The notes under the pieces: generated by a model
The model's database searches: none
Told to the model about the DNA's origin: nothing
The model's input: only the letters and a program-made list of their open reading frames with translations
In this document: piece by piece, positions 38,499-47,837 of the stretch
How positions within the stretch are numbered: the stretch's first letter is position 1
How the letters are laid out: every line of letters starts with the position of its first letter
NCBI GenBank assembly: GCA_965220745.1
Contig: CBDCQT010000012.1
Coordinates: 672,001 to 736,000 of the forward strand
Reading direction: 5' to 3'
Source of the DNA: Alphaproteobacteria bacterium
Lineage (GTDB): Bacteria; Pseudomonadota; Alphaproteobacteria; UBA828
DNA: 64,000 nt
Position numbers and translations under genes: made by a program

Positions 38499-39698
38499 AT
38501 GACGACGGTCGCCACCGCCGGCAGGTTCAACCTGCGCCGGGAGCCGATGTTCCCGCTCTGGTCGATCGCAGGTGTCACCGCTGTGGTGGCGATCCTCGCC
38601 ACCTATCCGCTCTACGGCACCGAATACGTCATGAACCTGCTGGGCATGTTCGTGTGCTTCTCGATCTTCGCACTCAGCATCAGCCTGATCTGGGGCTTCG
38701 CGGGGATTCTGAGCCTCGGCCAGGCGATCTATTTCGGTATGGGGGCGTACTTCATCGCGCTCTCGCTCAAGCTGAGCTACGCCGCCGAGAACCCGACCCG
38801 CTACGGCGGCACGATACCGGACTACATGGAGTGGAACGGCCTCACCGAGGTGCCCACGATCATGGCGCCCCTCATGCATATCGAGGTCGCCATCGTCTGC
38901 CTGTTGTTTTTCCCCACTCTGCTCGCGTTCATATTCGGGGTGATCACCTTCAAGCGCCACATCTACGGCGTTTACTGCGCCGTCATCACGCTGGCCGAAG
39001 CGTTGATTCTCCAGGAATTCATCATCGAGTATCAGGCCTATACCGGCGGGTTCAACGGCATCACCGACTACGAGACGTACAACAACATGTACTTTCTCTG
39101 GGTCATTCTGGGCGTGGCTGTCCTGCTCTTCGCCGCGAGCCGCCTGCTGACCCACTCCCGCATCGGCACCGTGCTCAAGTCGGTGCGCGACAACGACGTG
39201 CGCGCCGAGTTCAACGGCTACGAGGTCGCCAACTACCGCATCTTCGTCTTCTGCTTCGCCTCCATGATGGCGGCGATTGCGGGCGGCCTCTATGCGGCGT
39301 GGATGGGAATCGTTTCACACCTCGACACCGGCCCCATCCTCTCGATCGAGGGCGTGATTTGGGCCGCGGTGGGCGGTCGCGCGACTGTCATCGGCCCCTT
39401 CATCGGGACCTTCCTCGTCAAGGGTGCGGAGTTCTTCCTCAGCGAGCAGCTCGCCTGGGCGTGGCAGCTGGTCATGGGGCTGCTCTTCATCTTCGTCGTC
39501 AAGTTCATGCCTGACGGGATCATGGGTACCATCGGCAAGTCCATCGCCATGGGTCGCCAGCGCGCCGCCTATGCCGAGTCCGAGGACGCCTTCCAGAGCG
39601 GCCCGATGGCCGTCATCACGCGGCTACGGTCGGCCTTCACCGACGGCAACCGGGGCTTCATGGACAATCTGCTCGGCCGCAGCGGCCGGCGGGATTGA
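38499..39698 (+). CDS. urtC: urea/amide ABC permease UrtC-like
   Basis: WGFAGILSLGQ, TGGFNG, AVGGRAT. Confidence 0.86.
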   Translation: MTTVATAGRFNLRREPMFPLWSIAGVTAVVAILATYPLYGTEYVMNLLGMFVCFSIFALSISLIWGFAGILSLGQAIYFGMGAYFIALSLKLSYAAENPTRYGGTIPDYMEWNGLTEVPTIMAPLMHIEVAIVCLLFFPTLLAFIFGVITFKRHIYGVYCAVITLAEALILQEFIIEYQAYTGGFNGITDYETYNNMYFLWVILGVAVLLFAASRLLTHSRIGTVLKSVRDNDVRAEFNGYEVANYRIFVFCFASMMAAIAGGLYAAWMGIVSHLDTGPILSIEGVIWAAVGGRATVIGPFIGTFLVKGAEFFLSEQLAWAWQLVMGLLFIFVVKFMPDGIMGTIGKSIAMGRQRAAYAESEDAFQSGPMAVITRLRSAFTDGNRGFMDNLLGRSGRRD

Positions 39699-39727
39699 GG
39701 GCGCGCGGTGGCAGCGAGGGATCGCCG

Positions 39728-40483
39728 ATGACCGGGAATATCCTCGAGATCACCGGCCTCACCACGCGGGTCTCCGGCTACACGATCCTGGACGACCTCT
39801 ATTTCTCCGTGGAAGAGAACGAGCTGCGCGTGCTGCTCGGCCCCAACGGGGCCGGCAAGACGACGCTGATCGACATGATCTCCGGCCGCTACAAGCCGAC
39901 CGGGGGAAAGATAATCTTTGAGAACCGCGACATCACGGGGCTGGCGCCGCACAAGATCTTCAAGCGCGGGATCTGCCGCAAGTTCCAGGTCCCCAACATG
40001 TACGAGACGCTGTCGGTGTTCGACAACGTGATGATCTCGCTGGCCGGCCACAGGCTCGTGGTCCAGTCCCTATTCCACAAGCACACCACCACCGATCAGG
40101 ATCGCGTGGTGGAGATTCTGGAGTTCATCGGGCTTGTGGAGAAGGCCGGGTTTCCGGCGGACGCGCTCTCCCACGGCGAGCGCCAGTGGCTCGAGATGGG
40201 TATGCTGATCGCGGCGGACCCGAAGCTGCTTCTGCTCGACGAGCCGACAACCGGCATGACCGAGGCGGACAAGCAGAAGACCGCCGATCTGATCCAGCGC
40301 ATCGCGGAGCGGCATACGGTCCTCCTAGTCGAGCACGACATGCACGTGGTGCGCCGGCTCGGGAACTTCGTCACAGTGCTGCACCAGGGTGGGATCCTGG
40401 CGGAGGGCCCCTTGAGCGATGTCGTCGCCAACGAGGAGGTGAGGCAGGTCTATCTCGGGCAGGGGAAGTTTAGCGGTGCTTGA
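39728..40483 (+). CDS. urtD: urea/amide ABC ATP-binding protein UrtD-like
   Basis: GPNGAGKT, LSHGERQWLE, LVEHDM. Confidence 0.88.
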   Translation: MTGNILEITGLTTRVSGYTILDDLYFSVEENELRVLLGPNGAGKTTLIDMISGRYKPTGGKIIFENRDITGLAPHKIFKRGICRKFQVPNMYETLSVFDNVMISLAGHRLVVQSLFHKHTTTDQDRVVEILEFIGLVEKAGFPADALSHGERQWLEMGMLIAADPKLLLLDEPTTGMTEADKQKTADLIQRIAERHTVLLVEHDMHVVRRLGNFVTVLHQGGILAEGPLSDVVANEEVRQVYLGQGKFSGA

Positions 40484-41171
40484 GATCGACAAGATCAACA
40501 CCTTCTACGGGACCAGCCACATCCTGCACGACCTGTCGCTGACCATTCCCGAGGGCGCCATGATCAGCGTGCTCGGGCGGAATGGTGTGGGAAAGAGCAC
40601 GCTGCTCCGCAGCATCATCGGGCTGAACCCGCCGCGCCGGGGGAGCATCACCCTCAATGGCCGCGATCTCACCCGGATGAGCGGCCACCGCCGCGCCCGG
40701 CTCGGCGTCGCTTACGTGCCGCAAGGGCGCGAGATCATCGCCGACATGACGGTCGCGCAGAATCTCGAAGTCGCGATGTTCGCCAAGGGGATGCGCTCCA
40801 CCAAGGTGCCGGATTTCGTCTACGACCTGTTCCCCATGATCCGGCCGCTCATGGGCCGGCGGGGCGGCGTGCTCAGCGGCGGGCAACAGCAGCAAGTGGC
40901 GATCGCGCGCGCCCTCGTTCAGGAGCCCGACCTGCTGCTCCTCGACGAGCCGACGGAGGGGTTGCAGCCCTCGGTGGTCGAGGAGATCGACCAGATCATC
41001 CGCCGCATCCACGCGGAGCGGAATTGCTCGATCCTGCTGGTCGAGCAGAACCTCTTCTTCGTGCGCGAAGTCACCGAGCAGTTCGCGATCATGGAAAACG
41101 GGCGGATCGTCGTCAGCGGCGACATCGCGCAGCTCACCGACGATCTGGTCGCCGCTCACCTATCCGTCTAA
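40476..41171 (+). CDS. urtE: urea/amide ABC ATP-binding protein UrtE-like
   Basis: GRNGVGKS, YVPQGREI, LDEPTEGLQPS. Confidence 0.88.
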   Translation: MLEIDKINTFYGTSHILHDLSLTIPEGAMISVLGRNGVGKSTLLRSIIGLNPPRRGSITLNGRDLTRMSGHRRARLGVAYVPQGREIIADMTVAQNLEVAMFAKGMRSTKVPDFVYDLFPMIRPLMGRRGGVLSGGQQQQVAIARALVQEPDLLLLDEPTEGLQPSVVEEIDQIIRRIHAERNCSILLVEQNLFFVREVTEQFAIMENGRIVVSGDIAQLTDDLVAAHLSV

Positions 41172-41296
41172 CCGCGCGGCGCGATTCCACCGCCACCTCT
41201 CGTTTGCAGCCGCGGCACGCTTAGCCTGTGTTTGGTTCCTGGTCCGGGGCGCGGTATAAACACGCGCAGGATACGGACGGCTAGGGAGGACATGCC

Positions 41297-42337
41297 ATGA
41301 GACACGGCGATATCGTCAGCAGCCCGGATACCGTGGGTTGCGCGGTCTTTCAGTACAAGATGCCGCGCCTGCACACGCGCCAGGAGGTGATCGACAACTC
41401 GAAGAAGATCGCCGATCTCATCGTCGGCGCGAAGGTCGGGCTACCGGGGATGGATCTCGCGATCTTCCCCGAATACAGCACGCACGGGATCATGTACGAC
41501 CGCCAGGAGATGTTCGACACGGCGTCCTCGATCCCGGGGCCCGAGACCGACATCTTTGCCGAGGCCTGCCGCGAGGCGAACACCTGGGGCGTCTTCTCGC
41601 TCACCGGCGAGGTGCACGAGGATCACCCCAACAAGAACCCGTACAACACCCTCATCCTGATGAACAACGAGGGTGAGATCGTCCAGAAGTACCGGAAGAT
41701 CCTGCCCTGGTGCCCGATCGAAGGCTGGTATCCCGGCAACAACACCTATGTCAGCACCGGGCCCAAGGGGATGAAGATCAGCCTCATCATCTGCGATGAC
41801 GGCAACTATCCCGAGATCTGGCGCGACTGCGCGGTCAAGGGCGCCGAGCTGATCGTCCGCTGCCAGGGCTACATGTACCCGGCGAAGGACCAGCAGATCA
41901 TGATGGCGAAGGCGATGGCCTGGTCCAACTGCTGCTACGTGGCGGTCGCCAACGCCGCCGGCAACGACGGCGTCTACACCTACTTCGGCCACTCGGCGAT
42001 CGTCGGCTTCGACGGCCGCACGCTCGGCGAGTGCGGCGAGGAGGAGAACGGCATCCAGTACGCCCAGCTCTCCGTCTCGCAGATCCGCGATTCCCGCGCC
42101 AACGATCAGGCGCAGAACCACCTCTTCAAGCTGATGCACCGGGGCTACACGGGCGTTTATGCCTCTGGCGACGGCGACAAGGGCGTGGCCGAGTGCCCGT
42201 TCGACTTCTACCGCACCTGGGTGCAGGACCCGCGCCGGGCGCAGCAGATGGTCGAATCTATCACCCGCGACTCCATCGGCGTCACGGGCTGCCCCATCGA
42301 CGGCATCCCCGAGCCGCAGAAGATGGCGGCGGAGTAG
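41297..42337 (+). CDS. amiE: aliphatic amidase (nitrilase superfamily)
   Basis: MRHGDI.SSPDTVG...YKMPRLHT; [24 protein letters not shown] (E-K-C triad). Confidence 0.95.
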   Translation: MRHGDIVSSPDTVGCAVFQYKMPRLHTRQEVIDNSKKIADLIVGAKVGLPGMDLAIFPEYSTHGIMYDRQEMFDTASSIPGPETDIFAEACREANTWGVFSLTGEVHEDHPNKNPYNTLILMNNEGEIVQKYRKILPWCPIEGWYPGNNTYVSTGPKGMKISLIICDDGNYPEIWRDCAVKGAELIVRCQGYMYPAKDQQIMMAKAMAWSNCCYVAVANAAGNDGVYTYFGHSAIVGFDGRTLGECGEEENGIQYAQLSVSQIRDSRANDQAQNHLFKLMHRGYTGVYASGDGDKGVAECPFDFYRTWVQDPRRAQQMVESITRDSIGVTGCPIDGIPEPQKMAAE

Positions 42338-42375
42338 GGGGCGACCCCGCTTCAGGCTCTCTGAAGCTTTTTCGG

Positions 42376-42415
42376 ACCCCGGCGCTCAGGACTGCGGGCG
42401 CCGGGGTTTCTCTTT
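42376..42415 (+). terminator. rho-independent terminator after amiE
   Basis: ACCCCGGCGC / GCGCCGGGGT 10-bp stem followed by TTCTCTTT. Confidence 0.7.
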
Positions 42416-42691
42416 CCGACGATAGAGAGCGAGTCCGTCTTCGACGGACTCGCGATAGGCCGCGACCGCGGCCCGCCGCGCCAGCGGCGCCCTCGCGGAG
42501 GCGCCGGCCGTAGGCCGGCTGCCGTGAGCGATAAAGAGCTAAGGAAGGTCTGAATAAGTGCCTCCTGCATTTCTCGGACGCGCAAGGCGGAAGCGCGCTT
42601 TCCGCTTTGCTCACATTTTCAGTGACTTACAGCCACCGAAAATGGTGGCACATCCCTGTGCCACGGGAACCCCTGATAAATCAGAGGTTCC

Positions 42692-43468
42692 CTAATGCAC
42701 CAGGGTGCTGGCGGGCTGCACGGCGACCTGCATGCGCTCAAGCGTGGTCCGCACGGCGCTGACCACCTCGGTCGCGTTGGGGCCGTCGCCGTGGAGCAGG
42801 ATCGCCTGGGCCTCGAACTCCAGGTCGGTGTCGTCGACGGTGCCGAGCTTGCCCTCCTCCACGAAGCGCTGGACCCGGTCGGCGATGTAACTCGGGTCTC
42901 TGGCCTGCTTGATCCGCTCCACGATCAGCGAGCCGTCGGCGCGATAGTCCAGGTCGATGCAGATCTCGTGGACGATGGGGATGCCCTCGCGGCCTGCAAT
43001 CTCGTAGAAGCGGTGGCGCTCCAGCGGGGTCGGCCAGTAGAGCACCCAGGGCTCGCCCACGCTGTTGATCGCATCGACCATGGCGCCGCCGATCTTCTCG
43101 TCCCGCGCCAGCATCGGGTAGAGCGCGCCGTGGGGAACCAGGTGGTCGATGGTGGCGCCCACCGATGACGCGATCTGCCGCAGCGCGCCGATCTGGTAGA
43201 GGGTGAGGCAGCGCGCCTCGTCGGTGGAGATCTTCATCTCGCGCCGTCCGAAGCCGTTGACGTCCGGCAGGCCCCAGTGCACGCCGACGGCGACGTCGTT
43301 CTCCTTGGCGAGCGTCACCGTGCGCTCCATGTGCACCGGGTCGCCCGCATGGAAGCCGCAGGCCACGTTGACCGAAGAGAGGTGCGGAATGATCTCGGCG
43401 TCGGCCCCGAAGGAGTAGTTGCCGAAGCTCTCGCCGACATCGCTGTTGATGTCCATCGCACGTTGCAT
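42692..43468 (-). CDS. pxpA: LamB/YcsF (5-oxoprolinase subunit PxpA family), copy 1
   Basis: DINSDVGESFG, NVACGFHAGDP, FGRREM, PHGALY, LHGD. Confidence 0.88.
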   Translation of the reverse strand: MQRAMDINSDVGESFGNYSFGADAEIIPHLSSVNVACGFHAGDPVHMERTVTLAKENDVAVGVHWGLPDVNGFGRREMKISTDEARCLTLYQIGALRQIASSVGATIDHLVPHGALYPMLARDEKIGGAMVDAINSVGEPWVLYWPTPLERHRFYEIAGREGIPIVHEICIDLDYRADGSLIVERIKQARDPSYIADRVQRFVEEGKLGTVDDTDLEFEAQAILLHGDGPNATEVVSAVRTTLERMQVAVQPASTLVH

Positions 43469-43491
43469 GTCTTCCCCCGCGTTGCTGGCGT

Positions 43492-44505
43492 TCAGATGAT
43501 GGTGTCCGGGTCCGCGATCAGTGCTTCCTGCGCGGCGAGGACTGCCACTGCGTCCTCGTGGGAGATGCGGACGAAGCGGGTCTCCTCGAACGGGCGGACT
43601 TGGCCCACCCGCGCCATGTCGGTGGTGATCACGACGGCGATCCGCGCATAGCCGCCGATGCTGGGCGAATCGACGCAGAGCACGATCGGCTCGACGCCCG
43701 ACGGTACCTGCACGGTGCCCACCGGTGCGCCGGGGTCGATGACGATGTTGGAGGGGTCCGCGCCGGCGTCCTCGATCAGGTAGTGCGGGCGCCCCGGCTT
43801 GAAAGAGAGCTCCGGGCCGATGAAGCGCATCCCCGTGCGGTCCGCCTTGGGGTTGAGCTTCCAGGCGGTGGCGTAGAATGCCTCGACGCTCTCTGCGGTG
43901 AAGTGATGCTCCTCCGGTCCGGCGACGGTGCGCACCTGCATGGGCGGCGCGTAGGCCGGAACCAGACCGGGCCGGAGCCGGCGGCCGGCGAGGTTTGCTG
44001 CCGCTGCCGTCGCCGCGCCCACCGGCAAGCGGTCGCCGGTTGCGAGCGGGCGCCCCTCCAGCCCGCCGAAGCCGCCGCTGACGTGCGTGGCGCGGCTGCC
44101 CCGATAGAGCGGCACGTCGATGCCGCCGTGGACCGCGAGATAGGCCCGCGCGCCGCTCTGCGCGAGGCCACCGGCAAGCGTCTGGCCCTCGCGCAGCACG
44201 AAGCTCGTCCAGCAGGGCACTGCCTCACCGTCCACAGTCGCGCCTGTGTCCGCGCCGGTGAGCGCCAGCACGTGGTCCTGAAGTGCTTTGAGCTTTAGCC
44301 GGCCGAGGGTCATCTCGAGGCCCGCCGCGCCGGGGTCGTCGCGGACCACCAGCGGCCCTCCGGGCGGGTTGCCGACCAGCACATTGGCGATCTTGAGCGC
44401 GAAGCCGTCCTGCGCGCCCGAAGGCGGAATCCCCAAAGCCTGACCGCCGCGCCGCCCCATGTCCTGCACCGTGGTGCGCAGGCCGCCGTCGATGACCTCC
44501 AGCAT
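43492..44505 (-). CDS. pxpC: carboxyltransferase-like subunit (PxpC/AHS2 family)
   Basis: TTVQDMGR, GARAYLAV.GG, DRTGMR, GTVQVPSG, GGYARIA; TGATG overlap with pxpB. Confidence 0.88.
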   Translation of the reverse strand: MLEVIDGGLRTTVQDMGRRGGQALGIPPSGAQDGFALKIANVLVGNPPGGPLVVRDDPGAAGLEMTLGRLKLKALQDHVLALTGADTGATVDGEAVPCWTSFVLREGQTLAGGLAQSGARAYLAVHGGIDVPLYRGSRATHVSGGFGGLEGRPLATGDRLPVGAATAAAANLAGRRLRPGLVPAYAPPMQVRTVAGPEEHHFTAESVEAFYATAWKLNPKADRTGMRFIGPELSFKPGRPHYLIEDAGADPSNIVIDPGAPVGTVQVPSGVEPIVLCVDSPSIGGYARIAVVITTDMARVGQVRPFEETRFVRISHEDAVAVLAAQEALIADPDTII

Positions 44506-45377
44506 CAGAACGGCCCCCATGTGCTGTCGGGGTCGCGCTTCTCCGCCGGCTCCCCGGTCCCCGCGAGCCACGCCTCGTAGCCCGCGCAGTCGAAGGTGTC
44601 CTCCTCGACCCGGTACTCGTAGGCGCCAGCCTCGACCTCGGCGCGGATCGCGTCGTACTCCTCGCGCCCAATCGATTCGTAGCGGTGTCGGTCGCCGGCG
44701 CGGGCGAGCACCGGGCCGTCGGCGAAGGCCGGGCTGATCTCCCTCAGATCGAAGATTTCAATGGGGGTGCGGCCGAAGAGCTGCCCACCGCCCGGTATCC
44801 GGATCGGATAGATGGTGGAGGTGAGCCCGCCGAAGTTGAGCAGCCTGGCGTGGGTCCAGGTGCGGGGCGTGCGGTAGAGCGGCGCGCCGAAGCGCTTCCC
44901 AGGGTCCATGGCGTAGGACATGAAGGCGCCGGGGACGAAGCCCACGCCGGTGACCCAGTAGTCGCAGCCGGTATGGGTCTCGATGACTTGCGCCACCGTC
45001 ATGTCGTTGAACTCGGCGATGTATTCGATGTTGTTGCGCACGCCGAAGGCTTCGGCGCACTCGCGCGACCAGGGGTCGTCGTAGAGCGCCGGGATGATCA
45101 CCCGACGGCTCGGCAGCGTCTCCACCGTGCCCTGGGCGGCGATCAGCGCCTTCACGTGGTCGACGATACGTGCGCGCGTGGTGGCGAGCGGGTTGAAGAC
45201 GAGGCCGAGGGTGCGCACCTGCGGGTTGGTCTCGACCAGCCCCGTGGGCGGGTGCTCGCGCAGCGCGAAATCCACCGCCAGGATGCGAAAGTTGATGGGG
45301 ATGCTCGATTCGTCGCCGAACTCGACGTTGATCGCGGTGTCGCCCAGTGTCTTGAAGACCGGCTCGTCGTAGACCAT
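44505..45377 (-). CDS. pxpB: carboxyltransferase-like subunit (PxpB/AHS1 family)
   Basis: GDTAINVEFG, P..YDDPW, VGFVPG, PGGGQLFGRTP. Confidence 0.85.
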   Translation of the reverse strand: MVYDEPVFKTLGDTAINVEFGDESSIPINFRILAVDFALREHPPTGLVETNPQVRTLGLVFNPLATTRARIVDHVKALIAAQGTVETLPSRRVIIPALYDDPWSRECAEAFGVRNNIEYIAEFNDMTVAQVIETHTGCDYWVTGVGFVPGAFMSYAMDPGKRFGAPLYRTPRTWTHARLLNFGGLTSTIYPIRIPGGGQLFGRTPIEIFDLREISPAFADGPVLARAGDRHRYESIGREEYDAIRAEVEAGAYEYRVEEDTFDCAGYEAWLAGTGEPAEKRDPDSTWGPF

Positions 45378-45466
45378 GCCGCCCCCGCCGTTTTCGCCCC
45401 GCCATCATGGGCACCCTGCGGGCTGCGTCAAACTGCCGGCGGTGGCGGGCGTTAATGGAATTGCCG

Positions 45467-45497
45467 TTGAAATATGACCAACTATGTTGTACATATT
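45467..45497 (+). promoter_or_regulatory. putative promoter/operator of the Phd-VapC module
   Basis: TTGAAA-17nt-TACATA overlapping the imperfect palindrome AATATGACCAAC-TAT-GTTGTACATATT (10/12 match). Confidence 0.5.
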
Positions 45498-45552
45498 GTG
45501 GGGAAGGGGCGAGCACGGTGTTCGTCGCTGGCGCGAATAGGGGATTGGGACC

Positions 45553-45834
45553 ATGCCGACCAAGGTCTTCAAGGTTGCCGAGGCCCGTGCCAGCTTCTCC
45601 AGCCTCCTGGCGCGCGCCAAGGAGGGCGAAGAAATCATGATCACCAAGGGGAGCGAGCCGCAGGCACGCATCGTCCCGCCCACCGAGGCAGATCAGCGCG
45701 AAGCCGCGCCGCTCAAACACCTCAACCTGCCCGACGACCTCTTCGACCGCGAGGATCAGGAGCAGGCCATGATCGACGCCGGCAGCTACAGCGATACGCT
45801 GGGGATTTGGCGCGGTCCGCCGAAGGCTTCGTGA
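45553..45834 (+). CDS. Phd/YefM family antitoxin
   Basis: VAEARASFSSLLARAKEGEEIMITK...ARIVP. Confidence 0.88.
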   Translation: MPTKVFKVAEARASFSSLLARAKEGEEIMITKGSEPQARIVPPTEADQREAAPLKHLNLPDDLFDREDQEQAMIDAGSYSDTLGIWRGPPKAS

Positions 45835-46208
45835 GGCTGCTTCTCGACAGCCACGCCGTCTACTGGTGGGTCGCGGGCAGCCCGAGGCTATCCGCGACCG
45901 CCAGAGGACTGATCCTGGATCGCGAGAACGTGCTGCTCGTCAGCGCGGTCTCGATCTACGAGCTTGAGTGGAAGGCGCGGCAGCGCCGCATCGCCCTGCC
46001 GCCGCAGGAGCTGCGGGCGGCGCTCAGGCGCAACGCCGTCGAGGACCTGCCCATCACCCACGACCATGCCGACTACGCGGCCCAGCTCGACTGGGACCAC
46101 CGTGACGAGTGGGATCGCCTGCTTGCGGTTCAGGCACGGCTGGAGAACTGCGCGCTGGTCTCGGTCGACGAGGTCTTCGACGCCGTCGGCGTCGACCGGC
46201 AGTGGTGA
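45831..46208 (+). CDS. vapC: VapC PIN-domain toxin
   Basis: LLLDSH, VSIYE, HRDEWDRLL.VQA, LVSVD; GTGA overlap with antitoxin. Confidence 0.88.
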   Translation: MRLLLDSHAVYWWVAGSPRLSATARGLILDRENVLLVSAVSIYELEWKARQRRIALPPQELRAALRRNAVEDLPITHDHADYAAQLDWDHRDEWDRLLAVQARLENCALVSVDEVFDAVGVDRQW

Positions 46209-46282
46209 GTGACGCTGGATGCGTTAACCAGTGCGCTTCGGGCTGATTGAACTAAATTAGGAAGTTGGTTGGTGAGGGGACG

Positions 46283-46531
46283 ATGATCCGGGTCAGTGTA
46301 GCGGAGGCCAAGGCGCACCTCTCGCGTTACCTCAAGAGCGTCGAGCAAGGTGAGACGGTTGTCGTGTGCCGGCGCAACGTACCGATCGCCGAGATTCGCG
46401 CGCTCCCCAAGCCGACACGCGAGCCGCGTCCGGTCGGCATAGACCGCGGGATGACCATCCCAGCCTCCCTCTTCGAACCGCTCCCTGACGACCTACAGGC
46501 GGCGTTCGAAGGCGGTGGCGAGGAAACATGA
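46283..46531 (+). CDS. Phd/YefM family antitoxin (orphan)
   Basis: VAEAKAHLSRYLKSVEQGETVVVCRRNVPIAEI. Confidence 0.88.
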   Translation: MIRVSVAEAKAHLSRYLKSVEQGETVVVCRRNVPIAEIRALPKPTREPRPVGIDRGMTIPASLFEPLPDDLQAAFEGGGEET

Positions 46532-46551
46532 GACTTCCTCTCGATACCTGA
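46528..46551 (+). pseudogene. vestigial vapC start (MRLPLDT*)
   Basis: ATGA overlap with the antitoxin stop; resembles a PIN N-terminus MRLLLDT, then stops. Confidence 0.55.
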
Positions 46552-46588
46552 AGGTCCGTTCCGTAGCGCCCGTCTCATCAGCGCCGGG

Positions 46589-46930
46589 TCATGCCTTGTC
46601 GGGATCGGTGGGCGGAGGCGACGTTTCGGCGTCGATCCAGGCGAGATAGTCGGCGCTGCCGCCCGTGATTGGGAGCGCGATGACGCAGGGGCATTCGTAG
46701 CTGTGCAGCGCCTTGACCTTGGCAGTGAGCGGCCCGACGAGGTCGGCGCGGGTCTTCGCCCAGAGCATGGCTTCGTCGCCTTCGCGGAGCGCGCCCTCCC
46801 ACCAGTAGAAGGATGAGACGGCCGGCACGACGTTGACCGATGCCGCGAGGCGCGCTTCCACCAGCGCGCGGCCGATGGCCTCGGCCTCGGCGCGGCTCGG
46901 GGCGGTCACGCATATGGCGACGTGCGTCAT
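46589..46930 (-). CDS. cutA: divalent-cation tolerance protein CutA
   Basis: LVEARLAASVN, SFYWWEG, LHSYECPCVI. Confidence 0.92.
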   Translation of the reverse strand: MTHVAICVTAPSRAEAEAIGRALVEARLAASVNVVPAVSSFYWWEGALREGDEAMLWAKTRADLVGPLTAKVKALHSYECPCVIALPITGGSADYLAWIDAETSPPPTDPDKA

Positions 46931-47124
46931 CCCTTGGCCCTCTCGTGGTTTCCGTGCGCTTGCCCGACGATACAGCACGTCGCGCCCGGCGGACGAATGG
47001 CCCAGCGGCACCATGAGGGGAAGGGAGCATAGCCTCGTCACTCGCGAGTCACCGGACCATGGTGCGGTGCACAGCCTCCGGCGCCCGCTTCAGCATCGCG
47101 CCACACAACGCGAGAGGGAGCGAT

Positions 47125-47604
47125 ATGAGCCGGCGTTCCAAAGTTGAGCTTCTGCCGCCCGAGATCCGCGCCGCTGTGGATGCGGCGATCGAGAACGGCG
47201 CCACCATCGACGCCATCGCGGCGGTAATTCGTGCGCGCGGCGCCGCGTGCTCGCGTTCGTCCGTGGGCCGCTACGTCAGGCGGAGGCGCGCGCAGCTCCG
47301 CCGACAACGCGAGATCGACCGTGCAGCCAAGACCTGGGCGGCTGCCATCGTCGAGAGTGCCAGGGACGGCACCCGGCCGGTCGCGCTCGAGGCCGTGGGC
47401 GCGGCGGCAGCGATGACGGTAGCCACGCTCGACAGAGACGAAGAACCGGTGGCGCCGATTGAGATCGCCCGCCTCGCCCTTGCATTGCTACGCGTCGAAG
47501 GCGCGGGCAAGCTGCTCTCGGAGCGCGAGGGGATGCCCCGCCCCGTCAGCGCCGACCGGTGCATGGGACGGAATCCTTTGGACGTAGACGGGAATCCCGC
47601 ATGA
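47125..47604 (+). CDS. phage Mu gp27-like (DUF3486) protein
   Basis: MSRRSKVELLPPEIR...TIDAI...SRSSVGRY N-terminal HTH signature. Confidence 0.72.
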   Translation: MSRRSKVELLPPEIRAAVDAAIENGATIDAIAAVIRARGAACSRSSVGRYVRRRRAQLRRQREIDRAAKTWAAAIVESARDGTRPVALEAVGAAAAMTVATLDRDEEPVAPIEIARLALALLRVEGAGKLLSEREGMPRPVSADRCMGRNPLDVDGNPA

Positions 47605-47645
47605 TCCCGGCTCGTGCCGCCTCAAAAAAGTGTGTTTCTTTCCCA

Positions 47646-47704
47646 AAATCCCAGGCCGACAGCCCGCCTTCTGGGGAGGCCGATTGCGCAAACGGATGGG
47701 GAAC
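47646..47704. repeat. imperfect direct repeat, copy 1
   Basis: Core CAGCCCGCCTTCTGGGGAGGCCG (47660-47682) identical to 50468-50490; similarity extends on both sides. Confidence 0.85.
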
Positions 47705-47723
47705 GCGTGTGTGCCCCCCGTCA

Positions 47724-47752
47724 TTGACGCTGAAGACAACTCATGCTAGAGG
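47724..47752 (+). promoter_or_regulatory. putative sigma70 promoter for the Panacea cassette
   Basis: TTGACG-17nt-TAGAGG with TG upstream of the -10. Confidence 0.4.
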
Positions 47753-47837
47753 GGGCACCATGCTGCGTCGTGCCCTTTGCGGCTGACCCTGGCCCAACTC
47801 CCAACATTGCTGTCAGCTTCGGGCCGGAGAGGGGACA

